A stretch of 64,000 nucleotides of DNA from Abditibacteriaceae bacterium (GTDB lineage: Bacteria > Armatimonadota > Abditibacteriia > Abditibacteriales > Abditibacteriaceae): the NCBI GenBank assembly GCA_965277285.1, contig OZ255721.1, positions 2,816,001 through 2,880,000 on the forward strand. Direction: 5' to 3'. The first letter of the stretch is position 1. Every line of letters begins with the position of its first letter. The notes beneath the pieces were generated by a model that worked only from the letters and a program-made list of their open reading frames with translations, did no database searches and had not been told where the DNA came from. The position numbers were made by a program, and so were the translations under genes. Below, piece by piece: positions 10,331 to 21,565 of this stretch.

Positions 10331-11308
10331 TTAGTTGCAACCTGCGTGCGGACCGTTGATGTCCGTCGCCCAGTAGCAGATGTCGCCATAGGCTTGTACG
10401 GCACGGAGCGCTTTGACGTGGCCATCAGCAAACAGCGCGTTGACAGTTTCTAGGTGGCGTCCAATCAAAGGCTGAGCTGCTGCTGGAGTCAAAGTACCGG
10501 CGCCTCCAGAGGCGCTTGCCGACCAATTGGCATTGCCGATGTTCATCCAGTAACTTGCGTATTGGGGTCCTTGCGCGGCTGCGAAATCGGCGTCGCTGCA
10601 ATCGCCCGCGCCTGCGGCACAAGTGCCCGATGGCGTAGTTTTGATGTTGACAACGCCGCCCGTCATGTTGGTCACATCGGGAGCGGCGCCGTAGTAGCTG
10701 GCATCAATAATGTTAATGATGCTGGATGGACGCGAAATCGAAGCGAGCGAAACGCTGATAGGCGCCGGGCTGGTGCCAGCGTAAGCTCCCGCCGGGCTGA
10801 GCCACAAGTCGTTGTGACCGTAAGAGTTTTCTCCGCCGTAACCCGCACCGGCAGCGCCAGGCGCAGCGAATGTGTTCGGGCTGTTGCCGACCCAGGCAGC
10901 GGGGTTGGAAGGACAACGAAAAACGTCGTAGCTCTTCAAATACGGCTGCAGCAGGCTGATCCAGAAGATGCGATTGGCCGCATTGCCTGTAATTCCAGCG
11001 GCATCATACGGGCCACCGTTGGCGTTGGACAGCGGATTCGGCACGCCGTTGAGACGGTGCGGGTACAAGTGCTCATCGTATTCTTGCGAATACTGCATGG
11101 TGGCGATGCCCATCTGCTTCAGGTTGCTGGCGCAACTGGCACGACGGGCGCTTTCGCGCGCTTTGGCGAAAGCCGGGAACAAGATGGCCGCCAAAATCGC
11201 AATGATGGCGATAACGACGAGCAGTTCGATCAGCGTGAAACCACGCTTGGCGCTGGACAATTTGGCGTTGGACGACTTGGCGCTGGTGCGCTCGATACGA
11301 CTTTTCAT
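10331..11308 (-). CDS. DUF1559 / prepilin-type N-terminal methylation domain protein with H-X9-DG C-terminal motif
   Basis: [58 protein letters not shown]. Confidence 0.93.
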   Translation of the reverse strand: MKSRIERTSAKSSNAKLSSAKRGFTLIELLVVIAIIAILAAILFPAFAKARESARRASCASNLKQMGIATMQYSQEYDEHLYPHRLNGVPNPLSNANGGPYDAAGITGNAANRIFWISLLQPYLKSYDVFRCPSNPAAWVGNSPNTFAAPGAAGAGYGGENSYGHNDLWLSPAGAYAGTSPAPISVSLASISRPSSIINIIDASYYGAAPDVTNMTGGVVNIKTTPSGTCAAGAGDCSDADFAAAQGPQYASYWMNIGNANWSASASGGAGTLTPAAAQPLIGRHLETVNALFADGHVKALRAVQAYGDICYWATDINGPHAGCN

Positions 11309-11526
11309 TTGAAAAACTCCAATCAACAATTCTCTGGAGCGACACCTTTGCCGCTCGACAAAGATTGTCTCTCAGGCGCTTTAAGACCAACTTAAGATGA
11401 GATTAAAGTTTTGGTGAGGCTTTAAAAGGTTCTTTATTGACCTATCGAGTACTCAAATTGTTGGGCAAACGCCTGCGATTTGCGATAATATCGGACATTC
11501 CCCGCCAACCACAAAGGAGACGTAAA

Positions 11527-12534
11527 ATGTCACGACCAGTTACTTTGTTCACCGGACAATGGGCCGATTTGCCGCTCGCCGAACTCGCGCCGCGCGCCAA
11601 ACAAATGGGCTTCGACGGACTCGAACTCGCCTGCTGGGGCGATCATCTCGACGTTAAACGCGGCGCCACTGACCAGGCGTATTGCGACGCGCAAAAGAAA
11701 ATCCTCAGCAACAATGGCCTGCAATTGTTCGCCATTTCCAACCATTTGATGGGACAAGCGGTTTGCGACAACATCGACGAGCGCCACCAATCGATTTTGC
11801 CGCCTCACATCTGGGGCGACGGCGACGCAAAGGGTGTCAATGCGCGCGCTGCCGAAGAAATGAAGGACACGGCGCGCACCGCGAAGAACTTAGGCGTCAA
11901 AGTTGTCAACGGTTTCACGGGAAGTTCGATCTGGCATTTGCTGTATTCGTTTCCGCCTGTCACGCCCAAAATGATCGACCGTGGCTACCAGGATTTCGCC
12001 GACAAATGGAATCCGATTTTAGATGTCTTCGATGAATGCGGCGTCAAGTTCGCCTTGGAAGTTCATCCGACAGAAATTGCTTTCGACATCGTTTCCGCCG
12101 AGCGCGCGCTCGAAGCGATTGGTCGCCGCGAAGCCTTTGGTTTCAATTACGATCCCAGTCACTTGGGTTATCAGCACGTCGCTTATGTCGACTTTATCCG
12201 TGACTTCGCCGACCGCATTTATCACGTCCACATGAAAGACGTGTATTGGTCGAGCACGCCGCAACGCGCTGGCGTTTTCGGCGGTCATGTCAACTTCGGC
12301 GATTATCGTCGCTATTGGGATTTTCGCAGTTTGGGACACGGCAAAATCAACTTCGAGGAAATCATTCGCGCCCTCAACTCGATTGATTATCAAGGCCCGC
12401 TGTCGATTGAATGGGAAGACAGCGGCATGGATCGTTTTCATGGCGCCGAAGAAGCCGCCGCTTTCACCAAAAAAGCCGATTTCAAGCCCAGCGACCGCGC
12501 TTTCGATTCCGCCTTCGACAAGGAAGAGCAATAA
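11527..12534 (+). CDS. Sugar phosphate isomerase/epimerase (AP endonuclease 2 TIM barrel)
   Basis: [41 protein letters not shown]. Confidence 0.9.
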   Translation: MSRPVTLFTGQWADLPLAELAPRAKQMGFDGLELACWGDHLDVKRGATDQAYCDAQKKILSNNGLQLFAISNHLMGQAVCDNIDERHQSILPPHIWGDGDAKGVNARAAEEMKDTARTAKNLGVKVVNGFTGSSIWHLLYSFPPVTPKMIDRGYQDFADKWNPILDVFDECGVKFALEVHPTEIAFDIVSAERALEAIGRREAFGFNYDPSHLGYQHVAYVDFIRDFADRIYHVHMKDVYWSSTPQRAGVFGGHVNFGDYRRYWDFRSLGHGKINFEEIIRALNSIDYQGPLSIEWEDSGMDRFHGAEEAAAFTKKADFKPSDRAFDSAFDKEEQ

Positions 12535-12707
12535 CGGTTTCGATCTTGGATTTTAGGTCTTCGAGTACTCATAATTTTTCAAAGACCCGAAATCCAAGAC
12601 CCAAAACTTATTCGTTTTGCTTTTTAAGGAGTTTTGGCCGACAATGAGGATGGTTTGCGATGAGGTGAACCAAAAGTGTAAATACTGGCGGCAAATTGGA
12701 GGAGTCT

Positions 12708-13355
12708 ATGAAAACAGTTGGTATCAAAACGACGTTGGGGAAAACAAGTTGGGGTTTGGCGATGTTGGGTGTTACATCGTTGAGCGGAGTTGTCGGCGCA
12801 GGAGCAGTTCCTGTTTCGCCCGGCGCGCCGCAAACACTGAGTGGCACAACGGTCGCGGCGCGTCCTGAACTGGCGGGGACAGTACTCGAAGATCGCGTCC
12901 GCGAGTTCTCGTTCACCAATTCATCGGGCGCGACGATTCGCGGAACGTTTCAAGACCGCGTGGTCAAGCGCACCAGTTCGGGTTTGCTCGAGTTTTCGTT
13001 TCGCATTAAAAACGATTCGACTTCGGCGGGCAATATCGTCGTCGTAAACCGCCAGAATTATAGCGGGTTTGCCCCGGTGGATGTGGATTATCGGCTGGAT
13101 GGATTGGGAACTGTTGGCGCTTCATCTGCGGCACATGGCGGTGGCGCGAATGCTCGCATCAAATTCGATTTTTTCGCCTCGCCAATTTTGCCCGGCAAAG
13201 AATCGCGCTTTCATTTCATTGGCACCAACGCAACGAGCTACAATGAAAATGGAAAGGTCGGCTTGCAGTCGAATAACGGCGGCTACACGACGTTCAAAGT
13301 TTTTTCGCCCAACCTGCCCCCGCGACGGCCCCGAGCGAAGATAAAGTTGAAATAG
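12708..13355 (+). CDS. Secreted hypothetical beta-rich protein
   Basis: GGAGGAG RBS, signal peptide, coherent coding sequence. Confidence 0.7.
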   Translation: MKTVGIKTTLGKTSWGLAMLGVTSLSGVVGAGAVPVSPGAPQTLSGTTVAARPELAGTVLEDRVREFSFTNSSGATIRGTFQDRVVKRTSSGLLEFSFRIKNDSTSAGNIVVVNRQNYSGFAPVDVDYRLDGLGTVGASSAAHGGGANARIKFDFFASPILPGKESRFHFIGTNATSYNENGKVGLQSNNGGYTTFKVFSPNLPPRRPRAKIKLK

Positions 13356-13398
13356 TTTTTCTGTCCCGTTGTTAGGCCAGCGCGCCGTTGATGTGTCG

Positions 13399-13875
13399 TT
13401 AGGCGCCGATGTGCAAAACCTCGAACTTGACGATGCCGTTGGGGCCTTGCACTTCGGCGATGTCGCCTTTTTTCTTGCCCAGCAGCGCTTGTCCGACTGG
13501 CGAATCGGTGGAGGCGCCGCCTTCCAAATCGTCGTCGTCCAATTCTTCGGGCGTGACGATGGTGTAAGTGCGCTCTTTGCCGGAATCGAGTACTCGAACG
13601 CGCACGGGAACGCCTTGAATCACTTCATCGACGTGTTGTCCGGCTTCTAAAATGGTGGCGCCGGACAAGCGTTGTTCCAGTGCGGCGATGCGCGCTTCGG
13701 CCATGCCCTGCATATCTTTGGCGTGATGATAAGCGTGGTTTTCCTTGAGGTCGCCTTGCTCGCGCGCTTCCTTGATGTCGTTGATAATTTCGCTGCGCTG
13801 CGCCTTCAGCTTGTCCAACTCGTTTTGCAAACGTTCAAAACCTTCGCGCGTGAAGCGGGGTTCGGTGGCTGCCAT
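13399..13875 (-). CDS. greA: Transcription elongation factor GreA
   Basis: AREQGDLKENHAYH, SPVGQALLGKKKGD. Confidence 0.93.
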   Translation of the reverse strand: MAATEPRFTREGFERLQNELDKLKAQRSEIINDIKEAREQGDLKENHAYHHAKDMQGMAEARIAALEQRLSGATILEAGQHVDEVIQGVPVRVRVLDSGKERTYTIVTPEELDDDDLEGGASTDSPVGQALLGKKKGDIAEVQGPNGIVKFEVLHIGA

Positions 13876-14200
13876 TTTTCGTCCTTCTGCGTCCGTAGAG
13901 TAGCGCAATTTTAACGCGTGCAAGAAATACTCGCAAAGTCGAGCCAAAAGAAATCGCTCGACAGGCCGCACCTCGATGCCGGCTTCACGGCTGGTCGAGT
14001 TCGTGGCTCAAAGAAAGCGGAATGCGGTTTTGGCATCTTCTTTGCGCAAGGGCGCGGCGTAAAAGTTGTGGATCGTTCATTGGAAACATTGAAAGGAACG
14101 GTTCGTTGCTGAAATCAAGTGGCAAAGCATTGTATAATGTCGCACGACGAACTGCCGGACGGTCGGCAGGCAGATCAAAAGATTTTGAGGAGGAAGTACC

Positions 14201-14437
14201 ATGCGTAAACTGATTGTTGTCGGAACTTTGGCGGCTGTGGCTTTGTTGAGCGCGGCGGGTGCCAAGCAGGCGAGCGCGCAGACGAACTACCCGAACGTGG
14301 CGGGCGTAACGCCCTTCTCGCAGGGCGCGAACTACATGTCGTTGGCGGGTTACCTGCGCTATCGCTATTTACTCGATTCCGGTCGCTGGATCACGCGTGA
14401 AGAAGCCGAAAACGCTGTCAAGTCGCAAACCGGCTAA
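14201..14437 (+). CDS. Small secreted hypothetical protein
   Basis: GAGGAGG RBS; signal peptide ending in ASA-Q. Confidence 0.75.
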   Translation: MRKLIVVGTLAAVALLSAAGAKQASAQTNYPNVAGVTPFSQGANYMSLAGYLRYRYLLDSGRWITREEAENAVKSQTG

Positions 14438-14749
14438 TCTTTAAAGATAACCGGCGTAACGGCAAAACGAGATCGAGGCGCAGCGACCGTGCGGAAAATT
14501 TTGTACTGAAGCGAACCTTATCTTGTGCTTGTCGTCCTGAAGCGGCACCGTCGATGTTATGACGGTGTCGCTTTTTTGTCGATATTTCGCCTCATCTTTG
14601 CGCGCCTCGAACCAAAACTCCAGTTTCCAACGCTCGCCGTTTTCCTATATCTTTTGTATCTTGATCATTACACCCGTTCATCACGTTTGTTCAACGCCGG
14701 TTTCCCTGTCGCCGGTTCGTTCAACTTCAGCTTATCGAAGGATTTCACT

Positions 14750-17700
14750 GTGACCGTTTTCTTTTCCCTGTCTTCAACGCAGACTTTATCGCAGCAACCT
14801 CGCTCGACACCATCTTTTTTGCCGTCGTTTCGCGTGTTCTCCCGTATGTCCGCGTTAGTCGCCGCAACGTTTGTGGCGACTTCGTTTTTTTCGTTGTCCC
14901 CGGCGTGCGCGCAAGCCATGGAAGCGCCATCGAGTACTCGAATGGAGATCCCAGCACCGGCCACGTTGCTCGCTACGCCCGTGCCGCTTTTTGATGCCTC
15001 GTCCGCGGGCGCTTTGAAGTTAAACACGCTCAATGCTGCGCCGCGTTTGTCATTAGAAGATGTGAACGCGCGCGTTCTTTTGACGGCTTCCACCGCGACA
15101 CCGATAACCAACACAAATGCGGTCAGCGCGAATGCAGCAACTACGAATGCAGCAACGGTGACCGTTTCAAGAACGACAGCTTTAAGCACTCCAAGCGTCC
15201 GAACTCTTGCGCCATCAACGTCCGTTGCGCCTGTTGTTTCAGCGCCTACGGTAACTCCCACAATTGCTTCGCCACGCGCTACTTCTTCAGCGCCAATGGT
15301 TGCGCCAGCGTCTTCGCCTCGCGTGCCTGCGATTGAAACGCCATCGTCTGGCGCGGTTGCTTCAACGAATCAAATCACGATCAATGTGAATGGGCGCACC
15401 ATTGTCACGAAAACGGCGCCGGTTTTACAAAGCGGTTCGGTCTTGGTGCCTTTGCGCGGCGTGCTGGAAGATTTGGGCGCGACGATTGGCTTCAATGCGC
15501 AAACGCAAGGCATCGTGGTAATTCAAGGAGCGCGTCGCGTCGTTTTGCTGCTGGGTTCGCGCGATGCGACGGTGAACGGCAAGGCGGTTCGTCTTTCCGC
15601 GGCGCCGCAACTCATCGGTGGCAGCGCGTTTGTGCCGCTGCGTTCGTTGGCGCAACTTTTCGGCTACGATGTGCAGTGGATTCCCGCGACCAACACCGTT
15701 TCCATTCAAAACGCTTCCGGCATCGTGCTGCCGACCGCCAATCATCACCAGGCTTTGAAAATGGTCGGACATTTGGGCGTCGGAATTTCTTTTGTGGAAG
15801 GCGATTCAACCGTCAGCGACGTGGAAGCCGACCGTTTGCTGGACGCCGCCAAAGATGCGGGTGCCTCGCTGATTAAAGTCCGCTTCGACTGGGGCGTACT
15901 CGAACCGACGCGCGGCGCGACTTTTCAGTGGCCGTTTTACGACCGCATTATTCTGGGCGCGCGTCGTCGCGGATTGACAATTGAAGGCGTTCTGGGACAA
16001 TCAACGAAGTGGGCTTCGACCTTTCCCAACGCCAGCGATCCCGAACAATGGCGTAACGGCGCGCCGCGCGAAAACCAGATGAAAGCGTGGCAGAACTACG
16101 TGAAACGCGTTGTCGGGCGCTACAAAAACGACGTCCAAGCCTGGCAGGTTTGGGAAAAAACGTCCGCCGACCGTTTTCGCTCCAGCCAAACCGTTTATCG
16201 CAAGTTTCTGCTGGGCGCGACAGAGGCCGCGCGTGCCGCCGACTCGAACGCCATTTTGTTCGCCGCTGAACCGGGCGGATTAGATTTAGATGTCATCGAT
16301 TCGCTGAGCCACAGCCAGGCGGCACCGCTGCTGGATGGCGTGGCGATTTATCCGGTTTCGCAAAACCAACCCGGTTCGGTCGCGCCCACCGGCGATTTTC
16401 TGCGCCCTTACACGACTTTGTTGACCAATCCCGACTTCAGCGGCAGCGCCACGCATCCCTTCCGCGATTTCTGGATCGGCGGCCTGAGTCGTCCTGTTCT
16501 CGGCGAAAATGAGAACACTGTGGTCACCAATGCCTCAACTTCGAGTACTGGAAATGCAGTGAACCTGACGACGATGAGCCTGGTTTCCAACTCGGCAGGC
16601 ACTACGTCGGCTATCAACACGACATCGGAAATTGCGACTGATGATGCGGATACGCGCGCGCGCTTGCTACAGACTTTTACGGCAAATGCGCAGGCCGATT
16701 ACCTGACGCAATCGAGCGTGCTGGCACTCGCGGCGGGCAGCGATAAAGTGTTTTGGAGTGAATTGCGCGACCGCGCGACTTACGAAAGCATCGCGCCGAT
16801 CAACGCCGAATACAATTCCGGCTTGCTGCGCCGCGATTTTTCACCGCGACCTTCGTTCAACGCCTTCAAAACGCTGTCTGAGCAAGTCAAAGGCAAAAAA
16901 TACGTTGGCTCGCTCGCGCTGGGGCCGAACATCGTCGCGCTGGTTTTCGACGATGGCACGGACGCATCGGTCGCGGCCTGGACAACGCAAGGTACGGCGC
17001 CTTTAATTATCAACGCGACCGGCCAAAACCCGGGCGTGCCGAATTCGTTGTATCTTTCCTCGGTCGCCACGACGCAGGTTTTGGACGCGACAGGCAATGT
17101 GCTGGGCGGTGGACAAGTCAACGCAAACCTGACGCAGCGCCCGATCTGGATCACGCACATCGGTTATGAAACGCGCGCCGCGATCCGCAAGTCGCAAGCG
17201 CGTGGCGTCTTGCTCGATGCCACGTCGCCGACTTTTGTGGCGGCGCAGGGCGTTTCCGCCGATTTCAGTTCGGCTGGCAACGAATCGGGATTGTATTGGC
17301 GCAAGTTTTCGCAGTTTCGCGGCGCTGCCAACAAAATTGTCACAGTTGGAGACCGCAGCGGATTGAAGACCGAAGTGTCGCGCAACATTCTCGATCCCGC
17401 AGCGGGCAAATTTTTCATCTTCCTGGATGTCGATGACGATTACCTTTACCTGACGCACGACGTTCCCGTCGAAGTCACCGTGACCGTCAAGCGTCCGATG
17501 CCGGAAACGCAAACTTTGGTCACTTCGTCGGCAGGTTTCAATATCGAGTACTCGACTCCCGAAGGAACCGGGCGCACGCCCTGGCAAGTCGTCGAGGCCG
17601 GCACCGATTGGGCGACTTACACTTTCACGCTGCCCAACGCTTCATTTTCCAATCGTGGCGGCTACGACATGGTGATCAACACCTTCGGATCGAAAAAAGA

Positions 17701-17758
17701 CATAGTCTTCGGCTCGGTTGCGGTGCGACGCTTGGACGCCGCTCCAACAACCCCATGA
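14750..17758 (+). CDS. Secreted protein: S/T/P-rich linker, copper amine oxidase N-terminal (stalk) domain and GH-A clan-like TIM barrel
   Basis: VLVPLRGVLEDLGA / AFVPLRSLAQLFG stalk motifs; VRFDWGVLEP, VVGRYK, GLLRRDFSPRPSF; start uncertain (GTG 14750 after AAGGA). Confidence 0.75.
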   Translation: MTVFFSLSSTQTLSQQPRSTPSFLPSFRVFSRMSALVAATFVATSFFSLSPACAQAMEAPSSTRMEIPAPATLLATPVPLFDASSAGALKLNTLNAAPRLSLEDVNARVLLTASTATPITNTNAVSANAATTNAATVTVSRTTALSTPSVRTLAPSTSVAPVVSAPTVTPTIASPRATSSAPMVAPASSPRVPAIETPSSGAVASTNQITINVNGRTIVTKTAPVLQSGSVLVPLRGVLEDLGATIGFNAQTQGIVVIQGARRVVLLLGSRDATVNGKAVRLSAAPQLIGGSAFVPLRSLAQLFGYDVQWIPATNTVSIQNASGIVLPTANHHQALKMVGHLGVGISFVEGDSTVSDVEADRLLDAAKDAGASLIKVRFDWGVLEPTRGATFQWPFYDRIILGARRRGLTIEGVLGQSTKWASTFPNASDPEQWRNGAPRENQMKAWQNYVKRVVGRYKNDVQAWQVWEKTSADRFRSSQTVYRKFLLGATEAARAADSNAILFAAEPGGLDLDVIDSLSHSQAAPLLDGVAIYPVSQNQPGSVAPTGDFLRPYTTLLTNPDFSGSATHPFRDFWIGGLSRPVLGENENTVVTNASTSSTGNAVNLTTMSLVSNSAGTTSAINTTSEIATDDADTRARLLQTFTANAQADYLTQSSVLALAAGSDKVFWSELRDRATYESIAPINAEYNSGLLRRDFSPRPSFNAFKTLSEQVKGKKYVGSLALGPNIVALVFDDGTDASVAAWTTQGTAPLIINATGQNPGVPNSLYLSSVATTQVLDATGNVLGGGQVNANLTQRPIWITHIGYETRAAIRKSQARGVLLDATSPTFVAAQGVSADFSSAGNESGLYWRKFSQFRGAANKIVTVGDRSGLKTEVSRNILDPAAGKFFIFLDVDDDYLYLTHDVPVEVTVTVKRPMPETQTLVTSSAGFNIEYSTPEGTGRTPWQVVEAGTDWATYTFTLPNASFSNRGGYDMVINTFGSKKDIVFGSVAVRRLDAAPTTP

Positions 17759-17805
17759 AACAACGGCAACTTGACACAAGTTGAACATCTGAAAAATAAG
17801 TAGCG

Positions 17806-17852
17806 AAAGGCCGGACGATTTCTGAAAAAACATTGAACATCGTCCGGCTTTT
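17806..17852 (+). terminator. Terminator-like hairpin
   Basis: AAAGGCCGGACGAT...ATCGTCCGGCTTTT. Confidence 0.6.
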
Positions 17853-18033
17853 GTCGTATGCCGTTCAGCTTTTGAAACCAGCGCCGTATTTTGCAAGACA
17901 TTTTTGCTGTGCGAGCGTACGTTTTCGATTCCGTCTATGAATCGAGTACTCGAAAGCTTCTCTCCCGTTGACGCCTCAAAATGCCAAGCTGTGAAATTTG
18001 CTGAATTCGTACAGAAAATTGCAAGAAAGTACC

Positions 18034-18062
18034 TTGTCAAGAGGCGAGCTTGCAATTATAAT
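18034..18062 (+). promoter_or_regulatory. Sigma70-type promoter upstream of the SLH porin
   Basis: TTGTCA-17 nt-TATAAT. Confidence 0.75.
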
Positions 18063-18314
18063 AGCTGCGAACTCTGCTGATTTCCTCTTGTTTGAGGAGG
18101 TCGAACGGCAGAATTTTTAGGAATCAGCGCAGGAACCATTGCTTTATACGGACAATTCCAGTCGAATGCAGGTGAGCAGAGGAAACATGGCCACTCTTGT
18201 CTCTAACGTGTTCAATCACCGTCTGTCCAAACAAAGCGATTTTTCTCCTGATTTCAGTTGTACCGACTTCGAGAATGGTCTCGAAGCGGAGATTCAATGG
18301 ATCAAGGAGATTCA

Positions 18315-20309
18315 ATGAACCGCAAACTGACTTTGGGTGCTTTGCTGGCTGTTATGGCCGCTGCCCCCGCCATTGTGACGCCGAACCTGGTAAGCCAGGC
18401 CAGCGCGCAGACGACACGCGACTCCGCGGAATTCCCGGATGTCCCGAAGAACCACTGGGCTTACGAAGCCATCAACAAACTGGCTGCCGCGGGCATCATC
18501 GAAGGCCGCGACGGTGGCAACTATGTCGGCAACGCGCCGATGACCCGCTATGAGTTCGCGGTCGCTATCGCCCGCTTGCTCGACAAAATTCAACCGTCCG
18601 GTACGTCTTACGATGACACGGCGATTCGCGGTCAAATCGCCGGTTTGGACACGCGTGTCACGAGCCTGGAAAATGGTCGCATCAGCCGTCAGGAAGTTCT
18701 CGACCTGATCGCTGCCTTGCGCACCGAGTTCGCCGATGAACTGTCCCGTCTGGGCGTTCGCGTTGGCGATCTGGAAACCCGCGTTGACACGTTGGAGAAG
18801 CGCACGGTTGCTCCGCCCCGCCTGACGACTTCGCTGTCGTTCCTGCACCGCACCGGTTCGGCGAACTACATCGAAGAGAATGGTCCTGGTGGCAGTGGTC
18901 GCTCCATTTTCAACGGTGACAATGCTTTTGGGACGGCTCCTCCGGCTTTGCCACGTAACAACGTTTTCGCTGGCGGTCAGCAGAACTTCACCAATGGCAA
19001 GTTTGCTTACACCGACTTTGAATTGCGTTTAACCGACCGCGTAACCGATCGCTTGAGCGTCAATGCAGCGATCCGTTCGCTAGGCGACACGCAGGAAGAC
19101 CCGTGGGCTGGTCAAACCAATAGCATTGTTGGTAATGGCGTAACGGGACCGTATGTTGCTTCCGATGGCGGCGGCGGCATTTCGGTTCGTGAAGCCAATG
19201 CGGTTGTCGACTTGGGTGGACGCAGCTATTTGGGTGCTAAGGGCTTGAGCTTGATTTTGGGTCGTCAGCACACCAAGATTGGTCAGGGCTTGATGTACGA
19301 CAACGATTTGTCGCCGACCGACCAGTTGCAGGCTCAGTTCAATGTTGGCCCGTTCCAAGTCAGCGGTTTCATCGGCAGCAGCAACAACAACACGGCTGTT
19401 GGCCCGTTGAATCCTTACTTGACCACCGGCGCTGTTCGCTGGATGGGCTTGTCGGGTAACAACGGTTCATATTTCGGCGGCCCTGTTGGCTTTGGAACTT
19501 CGCAAGCTGATATCAACCGTTCTGAGTCGGGTGCCGTCGTTGGTTTCCCCGGCTTGACGGCTCCGACGGTTGCCACCATCTTTGGACCTACAACGGTAGG
19601 TGCTGCAGCAGTTCCAGTTTATCGTGACAACAACGAAAGCTTGGTTCGCGTTGGCTTCAACCTGTTCCGTATTGCAGGCAATCCGGTTGTTATCGGTTTG
19701 AACCACATGGATGAAGGCATCGCGCGTCAGGCAGGCGACTCGGTCGACTTGTCAATTCCTTTGTTCAACCGCACGGTTGGCGTGGAATATGTCCGTGAGC
19801 GCAAGTATGCGAACGGCATCAGCACGTCGGGCAGCCCCAGTGCCTATAACGTCACTTTGCCGATTTTGCGCACTCGTGTGATTGATCTGAATGCGGCTTA
19901 TGGTCACGCCGACAACGATTTCGAGTACTTCATCTCGTCGTCGGCTAACCCATTCGCTCGCACTTACGGCGAGGCGTTGTTTGATCGCCCGATGGCTTTG
20001 GGTGCTCCGATGATCGGTGGCAACGGTAATTCGCCGACGTATATGGCGGCCAAGCGTGTTTATGACATCAGCGGCACGTTGCGCCTGATCAAAAAGTTGC
20101 CTCTCGACTTCCGTTACTATCGTGCCTATGGCACCAAAGCAACGGATGGCTTCACCAGCGACGATCTGGGTAGCGTATTCTCGGTCGGCTCGACCTTCAA
20201 CGTTAGCCCGGGTCTGGACTTGGAAGTCAAGTACGGCCAGTATGATCCGAAGTTGAACGGCTACCAGACGATCAAGTACTTCCGTGTCGGCGCCAACGTC
20301 GGTTTCTAA
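18315..20309 (+). CDS. SLH-domain outer-membrane beta-barrel (OmpM/SlpA-like envelope tether)
   Basis: FPDVPKNHWAYEAI...TRYEFA SLH motif, coiled-coil stalk, C-terminal VGANVGF beta-signal; codon usage typical of high expression. Confidence 0.85.
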   Translation: MNRKLTLGALLAVMAAAPAIVTPNLVSQASAQTTRDSAEFPDVPKNHWAYEAINKLAAAGIIEGRDGGNYVGNAPMTRYEFAVAIARLLDKIQPSGTSYDDTAIRGQIAGLDTRVTSLENGRISRQEVLDLIAALRTEFADELSRLGVRVGDLETRVDTLEKRTVAPPRLTTSLSFLHRTGSANYIEENGPGGSGRSIFNGDNAFGTAPPALPRNNVFAGGQQNFTNGKFAYTDFELRLTDRVTDRLSVNAAIRSLGDTQEDPWAGQTNSIVGNGVTGPYVASDGGGGISVREANAVVDLGGRSYLGAKGLSLILGRQHTKIGQGLMYDNDLSPTDQLQAQFNVGPFQVSGFIGSSNNNTAVGPLNPYLTTGAVRWMGLSGNNGSYFGGPVGFGTSQADINRSESGAVVGFPGLTAPTVATIFGPTTVGAAAVPVYRDNNESLVRVGFNLFRIAGNPVVIGLNHMDEGIARQAGDSVDLSIPLFNRTVGVEYVRERKYANGISTSGSPSAYNVTLPILRTRVIDLNAAYGHADNDFEYFISSSANPFARTYGEALFDRPMALGAPMIGGNGNSPTYMAAKRVYDISGTLRLIKKLPLDFRYYRAYGTKATDGFTSDDLGSVFSVGSTFNVSPGLDLEVKYGQYDPKLNGYQTIKYFRVGANVGF

Positions 20310-20344
20310 GAAGTGCTGAAACTAACGGCGAGTGTTCGCTGTGC

Positions 20345-20377
20345 AAAAGCCCCGTCGAGAAATCGGCGGGGCTTTTG
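20345..20377 (+). terminator. Intrinsic terminator
   Basis: CAAAAGCCCCGTCGA-GAAA-TCGGCGGGGCTTTTG. Confidence 0.8.
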
Positions 20378-20458
20378 TTGTCTGGCGCTTTTGAGTTGCG
20401 CGCATTCCTTACGATTGGCTATGCTGTGAAGGGATGAACCAGAACAGGAGTACTCGAT

Positions 20459-21448
20459 ATGAATCGTTCAAGATCAACGCCGTGGGGCTGGATAATTTTC
20501 TCGACGCTTTTACTGGCGATTGTAGCAATCGTCGGACTGAATTTGATTGGCATTGCGCGTGGGAGAGGCGACAGTAGCTTGGGACCAGGCATTGGACTAA
20601 TCGAACTGTCGGGTGAAATCTCTGATGAGGGAACGTCCAGCCCTTTAAGCGGTTCGACCAGCGGAGCGCGCGAAATTATTGAGGAACTGAATAAAGCACG
20701 GCGCGATTCTTCGATCAAAGCAGTCGTGATTCGCATCAATTCGCCGGGTGGCTCGGCCTCGGCGTCGCAGGAAATGTACGAAGCGGTGCAGGAACTGCGG
20801 CAAAGTGGCAAGCCCGTGATTTGCTCGATGGGCGATCTGGCGGCGTCTGGCGGTTATTATGTCGCGTCCGGCTGCGATACGATTTACGCAAACGGCTCGA
20901 CGTTGACTGGCTCGATCGGCGTGATTTCGCAATATTTGAATTATGCCGGTTTGTTTAAGAAACTGGGTTTGGAGCAAGCGACGATTAAAAGTGGTTTATT
21001 CAAAGATGCCGGTAATCCGGCGCGACCATTGACGCCGCAGGAAAAGCAGCTTTTTCAGGCGATGATTATGAACGTTTACAATCAGTTTGTGAACGATGTG
21101 GCGCGTGGTCGCAAAGGTAAATTGACGCGCGCCGAGATTTTGAAACTGGCAAACGGGCGCGTTTATACTGGCGAGCAGGCCAAAGCGAACAAACTGATTG
21201 ACAAGTTGGGTGGCCTGAACGATGCCATTCGGGACGCCGCCAGTCGTGCCGGTTTGACGGGCGAACCAAACGTAAAATCGCTGAGCAGTCGGCGTGGCGT
21301 GTCGGGTTCTCTCCTGGGCGCTGACAGCGATGCGACACTTTCCGAAGCGACTTCTTCGATGGGGCGCGCAGCGGGTCAAGCCTTCGCCGAAAGCTTGGCA
21401 AAACAATTGCGCTCGGATACGTCCACGACGGCGTTGCAAGCACGTTAA
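20459..21448 (+). CDS. sppA: Signal peptide peptidase SppA (S49)
   Basis: RINSPGGS, AASGGYY, TGSIGV, KSGLFKD, GRVYTG. Confidence 0.93.
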   Translation: MNRSRSTPWGWIIFSTLLLAIVAIVGLNLIGIARGRGDSSLGPGIGLIELSGEISDEGTSSPLSGSTSGAREIIEELNKARRDSSIKAVVIRINSPGGSASASQEMYEAVQELRQSGKPVICSMGDLAASGGYYVASGCDTIYANGSTLTGSIGVISQYLNYAGLFKKLGLEQATIKSGLFKDAGNPARPLTPQEKQLFQAMIMNVYNQFVNDVARGRKGKLTRAEILKLANGRVYTGEQAKANKLIDKLGGLNDAIRDAASRAGLTGEPNVKSLSSRRGVSGSLLGADSDATLSEATSSMGRAAGQAFAESLAKQLRSDTSTTALQAR

Positions 21449-21463
21449 ATCGATTGAAGAGCC

Positions 21464-21530
21464 GCGAACCCGAAGCGTCAGCGAGGGAGTTATATGATAA
21501 ATAAATCCCTCGCTGACGCTTCGGGTTCGC
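21464..21530. repeat. REP-like inverted repeat, family A
   Basis: GCGAACCCGAAGCGTCAGCGAGGGA...TCCCTCGCTGACGCTTCGGGTTCGC. Confidence 0.85.
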
Positions 21531-21565
21531 TTTGTAAATCGAGTACTCGAAACTTTAAAATTCCA

